From positions 27,220,001 through 27,284,000 of the forward strand of contig NC_086118.1 of assembly GCF_963921235.1 (NCBI RefSeq): a DNA stretch of 64,000 bases. The letters run 5' to 3'. This DNA comes from Mobula hypostoma. Taxonomy: Eukaryota. Shown piece after piece: positions 23,958 to 34,599 of the stretch. The notes below the pieces were generated by a model. The model saw only the letters and a program-made list of their open reading frames with translations. It did no database searches and was not told the DNA's origin. Numbering within the stretch: the stretch's first letter is position 1; each line of letters starts with the position of its first letter. A program made the position numbers and the translations under genes.

Positions 23958-24947
23958 TCATATAAATGTCATCCAACTGAGCAAGATTTAATTGAACTAA
24001 AACTGGAAGTAATTCTGATATTTTATGTACAGGTGCGTAGACACTATTAAGTATCTAGTTAGTAAAACTGAACGTTCAAAATTAATGGTGTTTAGTTCAC
24101 CCTGATTCCCTGTCTTCTCCCCTCTTTTCTAGTGTACCCTGTGATCTTTTGACTACCTCTCACGGACTCTTTAGCTAACTCATCAATGCCCACTCATCAC
24201 CCTCGGCTCCCCATTTCTCTGTTCCTTTTCGCCATTCCCCAGTTGTGGCTTGTTGCTTAAGGTTGAATTTCCTGATACCCAGCAAACTTCTCAAGCTTCT
24301 AAGCTGGGGCTGGCATAAAACTTCTAAATGTAACAATCAGTCACTGCAAAGAGCCTTTGAGGACAAGAAAATGCCTCCCCTCTTTTTCCGGTCTGCTTGC
24401 CTCCCATGGATAAAAAGAACATATTTCCTTGAATTTTGTTTAAAGACTGTGTGATACAGACAGTTTTATTTGAATATTTGCTTTTGAAATAAAATAAAAA
24501 CTGCCTTGAAATTTACTAGTTTGGTAGAAAGTGCTTTTTCCTTCTACAGACAAGGTATAACCTTTTCAAATAACGTTACTGTCAAATTTCATGACCAATT
24601 TCTCATTTCTCTAACTAGAGAAATTTATGAATGTTCAGCTTGACTATTTAGATATTTACTGTACCTGTTACATAAAATGCATATTAGATTTTTTTTTCAG
24701 TTTTTAATTCAATTAAAACTTGATCAGTTATGTAGCATTCTTTCTTTAGGTTTAATAGTTGTTTTGTCCTATCTAATTACTCAATTAGATACAGCGACAG
24801 TAACAAGCCTTTTCCCTAGGGTAGGGGGCATAAATTTAGTGTGAGAGGGAAAAGGTTTAAAAGAGCCTTGAGGTGTAACTTTTACCCTCAAAGCATGGTG
24901 GGTACATGGAATGAGCTCCCAGAAGAATTGCTTGCAGCAAGTACAAT

Positions 24948-25480
24948 CATCGTTGTAGGTCACATCTGGAATTTCCAGTTGGTGGATGATTTCCCTCCAT
25001 GCCGCTCTGACATATTGGGAAATCATATACTTGGCAGGTTACAGCAGTTGTTTGCCTTTGCCTTCTGCCGGGTGAGTTTAAAGAGATCACCACCTCTTGT
25101 GGTGGATGACCAGGACATCTACATGTCTTGTTGTGCTGTTAGTGCTCCACCAACGCCTGCTGGCCTGCCTCCTTGACTGTTGGACCATTAATCAGTCTCC
25201 TCCGCTCAATCTGCCAGGGCCAGACTTCATACGCTGGGACAGACAAATCCCCTACCTCACCGAGGGTCGAAGACCCGTTGGCTACCCTCACCTGGTTTGG
25301 CCCGTCTGCCGAAACGGTTTACCGGGGTGTGGCCGCTGTGCGTGCTACAACTACTCGGAGCCGCAGGTGAGAGCTGAGCGCCAGGTGGGGACCAAAGGTG
25401 GACGAGCTGCCCTGAAAAGGGCACAGCAGGGCCCTCCCCCCACCAGAGGTGCTACCCACCTGTAGACACCCCATACACCC
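24948..25480 (-). mobile_element. Non-autonomous RTE-like retroposon (structured GC-rich 5' region + short 3' tail)
   Basis: 13-bp TSD CAGCAAGTACAAT (24935-24947, 25481-25493); GC-rich and noncoding. RTE assignment is by resemblance only. Confidence 0.75.
25287..25472 (-). ncRNA. Candidate HDV-like self-cleaving ribozyme
   Basis: Hand-assigned P1 GGGGUGU/ACACCCC, P2 CUCACCUG/CAGGUGAG, P3 GGC/GCC, L3 starting UCC with GG after P1', P4 CCGUUU/AGACGG, J4/2 GCCAAA. Confidence 0.55.
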
Positions 25481-26949
25481 CAGCAAGTACAATAGTATAA
25501 TTTAAAAGGAATAACTTAGGCAAATAGAGGGCGGGACCGAAATTAATATGTGTCAGGTTGCAGGAATTTGGGACGAGCTGGGTGGAGAATGTACTTGGCA
25601 TGGATTCATCAGGCCAAAGAGCCTGTATCTGTGCTGTATTTCTCTATGACTAGGGTGGAAATTAATGCATTCCCTGTTGTCCATGAGATACTTGTGTTCA
25701 GTGAGCCTGTTATTGAAGGAAAAATGCTTTTATTTCCCAAGTGTCTTTCAGAAGAAGTCATGTATAGGATTTGCTGTAATTCATAAGTACTGGAACTCTT
25801 TCAGGAATAACACTTAACTTTCAATAGTTTACATGCACTCAGTCTGTCTCTCTCAACTCTTACTAACACCCTGAGCTGTCTGAGACCTTTTATTTCATTG
25901 AGCTGTTGATGTCTAAACCAAAACCAGTATTGAAATCTGCAGGAGTTCTTGTGCAAATAGAATTGTTTAAAGTCTCTTTGATGCAGTTAATCTCAATGCT
26001 CCAAGTGTGGTTTTTCTCTAGATGTAGCATATCATTGTACTCTGTTCTCAGAAAATATTGTGAACAGAATATGTAATGATTTAACATGATAGATTAATGT
26101 CTTTGAGGTAAAAAAAAAGACAGGAAACAGTTAATTTAGACCTATGTTAAATGAATGCTCATTTTGCAAGCTCTTGGCAAAACTATAATAATGACTTTGA
26201 CCATTTACAAAGTTCCAACCAACAGAATGATGTGCAATTAACATATGGCTGTGTTTCTTCAGAAGCAGTTCACTGTGGCCTCTGGCTGTTGAATTATTAT
26301 TCAGGATGTTCTTTTTTAATAAAAGGATTCTACAGTGTTACATAGGGATGAGATATTGTGGCCTCTGATTATCCATTTTAATTGCAAAAAGATGTTCATT
26401 CATTTGATCTATTATAAAACTGATTATTATAAATCTCTCTTGGTTTTGTTAAAGTAATACAATAGACATTAATGGTATTGATATATTATGCAGTTCTGTC
26501 ATATACACATTCTGATCATTAATATGTTTCCATATTAATGGAAAATAATTTGGGCAGAGAGACAGAATGAATCTTGTCAAAATTACCATGATCAGTAGCA
26601 AGAATAAAATTTTCTGATGTTGATTATAGAATTTTTTATTTCTGAATTGATCTTGGCAGGGTGGTTTTGAAACAAAGTTGTTGGATTTACACAGTTATTA
26701 CATTGCTCGTGAATTCAGACTGAATCTCTCAATTTCCTCAGCGTACTTTAGAGAAACAATGTACATTCTAAATTTCATATTCATACCTCCTAAACTGGGA
26801 ATACAAATCTCAAACTGTGTTGTTTTGGCTCTGGGCACAGAGGAATACAACTTGTCAACTATCTGTGTATATCCTTAATTGAATAGAACAGGTCTCCTAA
26901 ATGCATTCATTATTTAACTTCTAAATAATGTACAGTAAACAAATGGCAC

Positions 26950-27178
26950 ATTCCTGCCATGGTCAGTAAGGAGTTTGTATGTTCTCCCTGTGACCACTTG
27001 GGTTTCCTCCGGGTGCTTTGGTTTCCTTCCACAGGCCAAACATGTACTGGTTGGTAGGTTAATTAGTCATTGTAAATTGTCCCATGATTAGGCTAGGGTT
27101 AAATTGAGAGATGGTGGTTGGAATGGCTCAAAGGGCTGAAAGAGTCTATTCTATGTTTTATGTCACTAAATTTAAAAA
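26950..27178 (+). mobile_element. V-SINE/HE1-like SINE fragment
   Basis: V-domain-like core GGAGTTTGTATGTTCTCCCTGTG..GGGTTTCCTCCGGGTGCT..GGTTTCC. Confidence 0.8.
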
Positions 27179-27235
27179 AGATTACACCCACAGACTACAT
27201 AAGAAAAATGATTATGAACTTTCAACACCCATCTT

Positions 27236-27591
27236 TCTCACGAAAGGTTGAACTGAGATCCAATCTCTCCTGACAGGCTTACACAGGCAAGCTCCTCCCG
27301 GTCTCCACCCAACTAATAGGAGTCTCCTGCCACTTGTTTCCAACTCATCACCTGCAGCCTATTTAAACCCAGTTGTCATTCAGTGTCTTTATTCACTCAT
27401 TGAACCAGCAAGCCTTAACTAGTTGCTCCTAGCCCTAAGTTACCTGTTTCCTGTGGTGGTTAATATCTGTTTTCTTTCATTTCGTGGCCTATTGTGGCTT
27501 GATATTTTCACAATTATTAAAGTTATTATTCATCACTGAATTGTCTCCGCAGCTCTTCTTCTGGGTCAAGCATCCTCTACAATTTGCTGAC
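27236..27591. mobile_element. Probable old solo LTR
   Basis: Homologous to 2823-3203; ends CTGACA. Confidence 0.45.
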
Positions 27592-28922
27592 ATAACCTCT
27601 CAAGCTGATACAAAATATCCCAGAGAAGATGTGTTCTCTCTGGTTTCTTGGTAATATTTAATCCTCAACCAACATCACTGAAAATAGATTATGTGGTCAA
27701 TTAGCATATTAATGTTTATGGCTTGTTGTTCTGCATAAATTGCTGCTGGTGGTTGACTGATATTCCTGCAATGACCATTTACATTGGAACATAATTTAAT
27801 CTAAAGAACAATATCAACACGTTTATATGGATCCGTTTTGTTCATTTTTTGTTCTTTCTTAAATGTCAAAAGTTTTTAAAATCTTTAATTTAGGGAAATA
27901 ATAGCAGCAGCAATTTTAAAAGAAGGGCCATTTATTTAGAGATTAATTTGCACAAATCCAAAAAAAAAAAGCAGCTGTGTCATTGAAAGTTGACTTACTC
28001 TACTGGAGAGCAAATTTATACCCATACTTCCATCTATTCGAATTTCAATACCTGATATTTTAACAAAATTTTCATTCCTCCAAGCAACTTTGTCCCAATA
28101 TAAAAATTACCATGCAATGTTTGCTTGCAGTGAGATTTTCAGCTCATTGGTCTGAAAATCAGCAGTTCCTATTTATTCTTGGCACAACTAAATTTGCAAA
28201 AACCACTTCCACTAAAATTGTACCAATCCAGGGCTGACACCCAGGCTCCATGTTTTTCGATCTCTGGCATCATGGCTATTGCAAACTCAAAGACGCATTT
28301 ATAGATGTGTCTTGTCTGCTTTGTCCTTGCAGGTCAAAGTCATGTTCACCACCACTCGCACCTTGGTAGCCTTTGGATTATTCCAGGCTCCTGCTGCTGA
28401 TTATGGTCATGTCTCTCAACCTGCTGTTCATTGCTGCAAAGGGGATATCACCTAATCTACTGTATAAACTGAGGTACAGAAAAAATATTGACTTTTCTTT
28501 CACTCCATAGAAGCAGGTAAAGCAGGGATGGGAATTTGTTTGCATTGCATACTTTCCCAACCAGCACACATTAATAGACTGTATTTATGTCAACTGGTAA
28601 TCTATAGTCAGTATTTTGCTGAGTCCCTTGATGTTTTCCATAGTCCCTATTGTTTCCTGAAGGCTGAAAGCCAGCTGCTGCATGTACTTGTAATGCATAA
28701 AGAGAGATGCCATACTGAGACCAATAATATCAGTTACAGCACCATGTTATGCATTTGCCAACACTGTTCTGCTATGTTGTAAAATATTAAGAAGGGACAG
28801 AACAATGTCTATCCTAACAAGCTTAGAAAACAAAACCCATGTCAAGAAGATGCAAGCCCTGTCTCCCTGGCATTGAAAGGGTTGCAGTGTGATTTCCACT
28901 TGTTAAAAGAATGGTCTTAATT

Positions 28923-28968
28923 TAGTCATAGTCATAGTCATACTTTATTGATCCTGGGGGAAATTGGT
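28923..28968 (-). mobile_element. Extremely truncated Rex1 (tail only)
   Basis: TAGTCATAGTCATAGTCATACTTTATTGATCCTGGGGGAAATTGG matches the tails of the other copies. Confidence 0.85.
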
Positions 28969-29132
28969 TAATTGCATATTGCATATTGTGGAATAAAAAG
29001 GGCAATGTTATGATCGTTATTGGGAAAATCAGGTTGGTGCTGGATACCAAGAGAGAATTTGTAGATTGTCTATGAGGTTGCTTTATAGAGGTGCTTGTAT
29101 CTGAGTCCACTAGGAAAAAGGCAATTCTGGAT

Positions 29133-29446
29133 TGGGTGCTCCTGATGTGGCCTTCTACATATTTGCGAGACCCGATGCAGGCTGGGAGACTGTTTCGCTG
29201 AACACCTACGCTCGGTCCGCCTGAGAAAGCAGGATCTCCCGTGGCCACACACTTTAATTCCATTCCCATTCTGATATGTCTAACCACTGCCTCCTCTACT
29301 GTCATGATGAAGCCACACTCAGGTTGGAGGAACAACACCTTATATTGCGTCTGGGTAGCCTCCAACTTGATGGCATGAACATTGACTTCTCTAACTTCCA
29401 TTAATGCCCCACCTCCCCTTGGTACCCCATCGGTTATCTATCTATC

Positions 29447-29477
<31 letters not shown>

Positions 29478-29920
29478 CTAATCTATCTATCTATCTATTT
29501 ATTTATTTTGTTATTAATTTTTTTTTCTCTCTCTCTCCTTTTTCTCCCTCTGTCCCTCTCACTATACTCCTTGCTCATCCTCTGGGCTCCTCTCCTCCCC
29601 TTTCTTTCTCCCTAGGCCTTCCGTCCCATGATCCTCCCATATCCCTTTTGCCAATCCACAGTCCAGCTCTTAGCTCCATCCCTCCTCCTCCTGTCTTCTC
29701 CTATCATTTCAGATCTCCCCCTCCCCCTGCCACTTTCAAATCTCTTACTATCCCTTCAATTAGTCCTGACGAAGGGTCTCGGCCCGAAACATCAACTGTA
29801 CCTCTTCCTAGAGATGCTGCCTGGCCTGCTGTGTTCACCAGCAACTTTTATGTGTGTTGCTTGAAATTCCAGCATCTGCAGATTTCCTCGTGTTTGCGTT
29901 CCCTGGTGTTATGTTGCCTT
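29133..29920 (+). mobile_element. Penelope-like 3' fragment with (TATC)n and a hammerhead core
   Basis: Homologous to 1275-1860; microsatellite at ~29435-29500. Confidence 0.85.
29761..29798 (+). ncRNA. Minimal type I hammerhead ribozyme motif
   Basis: UAGUC-CUGACGA-A-GGGU CUCG GCCC-GAAAC-AUC-AACUG. Confidence 0.75.
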
Positions 29921-29959
29921 CCAGGTGCCAGGGTCAGGGGCATCTTAGATTGGCTCTAC

Positions 29960-32900
29960 TAAGAAGAGAAAAGATAAAATACAAAGGTAAGCTTGCCAAT
30001 AAAATACAAGACAATATAAAAGGTTTGTTGATATATATGTATAAAGAGTAAAAGAGAGGTGAGCATGATACTGGACCACTGGAAAATGATGCTGGCAGTT
30101 ATGGGGGACAAAGAAATGGTGAATGAACGTAGTAAGTATTTTGTGTCAGTCTTCACTGTGGAAGACGCTAGCAGTATGGGAGAAATTTGAGAGTGCCAGG
30201 GAGCATAAGTGAGTGTAATTGCTGTTACTAAGGAGAAGGTGCTTGGAGAGCTGAAAGATCTGAAGTTGGATAAGTCATCTGGACTGGATGGACTGTGATG
30301 GGCTGGATTAATCACTATTCTGGTGTCCAGGAGATGTGGTAATAAGCATACATGCACAACAAAGCAACTAAAGACAAGAGAAAATCTGCAGATGCTGGAA
30401 ATCTGAGCAACACACACAAAATGCTGGAGGGACTCAGCAGGCCAGGTAGCATCTATGAAAAAAAGTACAGTCGATGTTTCAGACCAAAACCCTTCGGTAG
30501 GGACTAAAGCCTAATTTATTATCATAAAATAGGAAGCACAAATAAACCACACAAGATACTACATAGCAAGCCACAAATATTTCAGGTTCATGTTTCTTAG
30601 TCACCACCTTATTGTTGCTGTTGTTGGGGAAGAAGTCTGGAGCTGGAGTCCCTAAAGCAGTTCTACACTGACTGGAACTCCTGAGGCACTGCTGGTATGA
30701 AATTGTATTGGTCTCTGCCACTCCTTTGGGTTCATCAGATACATAAAGAGGGGGATCTTGCTGCATGGGCAACAGCTTGCTCTCCATATTGTACTGCTCA
30801 GGTTTGTGTATCTAAATAACTAGGATGCAACATCCTTGGTTGATCCTGAATGCCAGAGGCCTCACTCAGTCACTGTTGGGGGATCTCTGAATTCTGACTT
30901 GCTTATGAAACCATGCTTGGGTCCTGGGCACGGATCATGATTTCTGACCCTTGGATGAAGTCCAACAAAACTGGGAAAAGCACCCCAATTAATGCGAGTT
31001 TTGCAAGTGCAGAGAGATTCAAAAACATACATTCTTGTTCTTACATTAACTCAGCCTGGTTTCTTTCATTCAAACAACACATGTCCATCAACAAAGTGTT
31101 TAACATACCCTTTTAAATCAACTAGCTACTTTAGTATTCACTCCCTGTTATCTTGCAGCACACAACGTTCCTTTAGATTTACAAAAGAACATTAATGTCT
31201 ATTCATATAAATAATAAGCTTGAATATAGTCACTAAGAAAAAATCCATCAACCTAGCTCTCAAAGTGACCAACAGACATTTAGTGACTAACAGGCATTAA
31301 TGGATCTAGCAACACACATCAAAGTTGCTGGTGAACGCAGCAGGCCGGGCAGCATCTCTAGGAAGAGGTAATGGATGTATCTTGTTTACCTTGTACAGAC
31401 ACTTCAGAAAAATTACCCACTAATAGACCCCAGATGCTACAAGATCAGAAAGAGATAAATTGTCATTTTACCCTCAAGACATTCATCCAATGTTTTACAA
31501 AATTTAATATGACACGTGGACTACACCACAGAGTTCTGAAAGAGGTAGCTGAAGAGATTGTGGAGGCATTAGTAGTAATCTTTCAAAAGTCACTAGATTC
31601 TGAAAAGGTTGTGGAGGACTGGAAAATTGCAAATATCATTCCACTCTTTAAGAAGGGAGGGAGGCAGATAAAAGGAAATTGTAGGCTAGTTAGCCTGACC
31701 TCAGCCATTGGGAAGAAGTTGGTCTTTTATTAAGGATGAGATTTCAGAGTACTTGGATTTACATGATAAAATAGGCCAGAGTTAGCATGGTTTCCTTAAT
31801 GGAAAATTTTGCCTGACAAAGCTATTGGAATTCTTTGAGGAAATAATAAATAGGATAGAAAATGGAAAGTCAGTAGATGTTGTTCACTTGGATTTTCAGA
31901 AGGGCTTTGACAAGGTGCTACACATGAGGCTGCTTAACAAGATATGAGCCCATGGTATTACAGGAAAGATACTGGCAAGAATAGAAATTGGCTGTGAGGC
32001 AGAAAGCAAAAAGTAGGAAGAAATGGGACATTTTCCAGTTGACTGACAGTGTAATGGTACTCTGAATGGACATTGGGACTGCTTCTTGTCATGTTAATGG
32101 TCAATGATTTGGACAATGAAAATGATGGCTTTGTGGTCAAATTTGCAGACAATACGAAGATAGATGGAGGGGCAGGTTGTTTTGAGGAAACAAGGACTCT
32201 GCAGAAGGACATAGACAGATTAGGAAAATGGGCAAAAAGTGGAAGATGGAATATAGTGTAGGGAAGTGTATGTTCATGCACTTTGGTAGGAGGAATAAAG
32301 GCCTAGATTATTTTCTAAATGGAGGCGCAAATGGACTTGGGAGTCCTCGTGCAGGGTTCCCTAAAGTTTAACTTTCAGGTTGAATCAGTGCTAAGGAAGG
32401 CATGTGCAATGTTAGCATGTATTTTGAGAAGATTAGAATATAAAAGGAAGGATGTAATGCTAAGTCTTATAAGGCATTGATATGACTGCACTTGGAGCCT
32501 TGTGAGCAGTTTTGGTCCATATCTAAGAGAAGAAATGTGAAAGCATTGGAGAGGTGGAGAGGATGTTCATGGGAATGAGTCTGAGAATGTAAGGGCTAAT
32601 GTATGAGGAGTATTTGATTGCTCTGGGCCTGTACCTGCTGGCATTTAGAAGAATGGGGAAGAATCTCATTGAAGCTTATTGAATATTGAAAGGCTTAGAT
32701 AGAGTGGATGTGGAGTGGATGTTTTATATCGTGGTGGAGTGTAAGACCAGAGGGCATAGTCTCACAGTAGTGGGATGACTATTTAGGACACAGATGAAGA
32801 GGAATTTCTTTAGCCAGAGGATGGTGAATCTGTGAAATTCTTTGCTGCAGAGAACTTTGGAGGGAAAGGCAATGGATATACTTAAAATGGAGGTTGATAG

Positions 32901-33040
32901 ATTCTTGATTAGTCATCGTGTCAAAGTCTATGGGGAGAAGACAAGAGAATGGGGTTGAGAGGGATAATGAATCAGCCACGATGAAATGGCAGAGCAGGCT
33001 TGATGAGTTGAATGGCTTAATTTTGCTCCTTTCTCCCATC
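29960..33040 (+). mobile_element. Decayed CR1 ORF2, interrupted at 30294-31516
   Basis: VLKEVAEEIVEAL..EDWKIANIIPLFKKG and KFADNTK; CR1 3' tail at ~32960-33040. Confidence 0.85.
30294..31516. mobile_element. Probable solo LTR carrying nested Penelope-tail and RTE-SINE fragments
   Basis: Interrupts CR1 with a TGGAC duplication (30289-30293, 31517-31521); starts TG and ends CG. Penelope tails at 30370-30508 and 31308-31370; 30630-30860 resembles 42095-42476. Confidence 0.5.
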
Positions 33041-33189
33041 CAACTGCCATGTCTCTAACAACTTGCCCTGCAAATTTGTTTATTGTTGAGGGTAATATTA
33101 CAATTGTCCCTGACCATGGAATTTGGGATGGAATTGCAAAAAGTCAATCATTTTACTGCATTACCCCACCTCTTAGCATTGAATTGACA

Positions 33190-33418
33190 GGAAACAAGAT
33201 ATTCTGGAAATCTTGAGCAACACAGACAAAATGGTGGAGGAACTTAGCAGGTTAGGCAGCACCTATGGAGAGGAATTTTTAGGGACAAGATCCTTCATCA
33301 TGACTCATGGCTATTTGGTCACGTTGAAGGGTCTCGGCCCAAAACGTTGATTTATTCCCCTCCACAGATGCTGCCCAACCTGTTGAGTTTCTGCCGCATC
33401 TTGCGTATGTTGTTCAAA
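33190..33418. repeat. Inverted pair of Penelope-like tails
   Basis: Arms ~33215-33305 and ~33322-33418 are reverse-complementary, each with a hammerhead remnant. Confidence 0.8.
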
Positions 33419-33659
33419 AGATGACACAAGGTGTTCACCTTCAATGAGGTGAAAGTAGTTATATCATACAAGTGGAATCTTGTGAATGGAATTGGTCGTT
33501 GTGGAATGGGGGAAGGTAAAGACTGAAGCAGCCACCAGTTCACCTTGAACAGGATGTCAAACATTTGATACCACCAATGGCAGGTGGAAAAGCTTGAGTT
33601 CACAGAGTTATTGGGCCAGAAGCATTACCAAGCTCAGTAGCAGAGTCATAGGAGGAAAA

Positions 33660-33940
33660 ACTGTGCCACAGTAACATAGCAGTTATCGTGATGCCATTAC
33701 AACCCTGTGTGTTCTGGAGCTCAGATTTCAATTCCAGTGCCCTCTATAAAGAGTTGTATGTTCTCTCTATGAACTGTGTGGGTTTCCACTGCGTGCTCTG
33801 GTTTCCTCTCACAGTCCAGTTGTAGATTAAATTGTAAATTGTTCCGTGACTAGCCTAGGGTTATTTTGGTGGTTTGCTGGGCGGTGTGCCTCATTGGGCT
33901 GAAGAGCATGCTCTATGCTCCATCTCGAAATAACAAAAAA
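33660..33940 (+). mobile_element. V-SINE/HE1-like SINE
   Basis: Degenerate tRNA-like head plus the V-domain-like core shared with 26950-27178. Confidence 0.7.
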
Positions 33941-34599
33941 GTAAACTGGTGAGGGATTTTGAGTATTAGAAACACCCATCTGGTAACCTGTAAGAGTCTG
34001 GTCGCTGACATTATAGACCCTACTACACTGGTTATACTTCAAATCAATTATCTTCCAAATTGCTAACCAGGGAATGAAGAAGAAAATCTAATAAGGATGA
34101 AATTTTACCATTTTTTCAATTGTTGATGTCATGGCTGGAAGTGAACCTGATGCCGAGCCCGTAGGTGGTGAGTGGTGACTGTGAGAATCTCAACAGGGTC
34201 ACTTTCTTTTTTTTTCCCCTTTTTAAATCTTTTTATTAAATTAGTACACAAAAGGTAAACCATATAGGCACTGATACACTGTTGCAATATAACTTTACAA
34301 GAGATATTAATATAGGAAAAGAAGTTAATACAAACAGTGCAATTTAGATATAAAATAACAAGGTAATATAATAGTATACTAATTTTCATACATATTGATA
34401 AGGAAAAAAAACCCCCCAAACCCCCCCCAAAAAAAACCAACCGTGCAACTAATCTAAAAAGCAAAGCAAAGCAATGGGCTAACTAGGTATCAAGTAGAGT
34501 TAAACAACTTAAAACAATCACGTCCTCAAACCCGACCTCCACGAAAAACAGTTAAAAAGCAAGAAGGGAATGTAAATATGGAGAGAGAGAGAAAAAAAG

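Larger units (their letters stand above)
24790..25650 (+). mobile_element. CR1 3'-end fragment split by an RTE-derived insert
   Basis: CR1 C-terminal-type sequence (FYPQSMVGTWNELP) continues after 25493. Confidence 0.65.

Noticed and set aside
28333..28472. Exon with good acceptor-like sites on both strands
   Set aside because: All frames hit stops, and there is no recognisable protein or partner exon.
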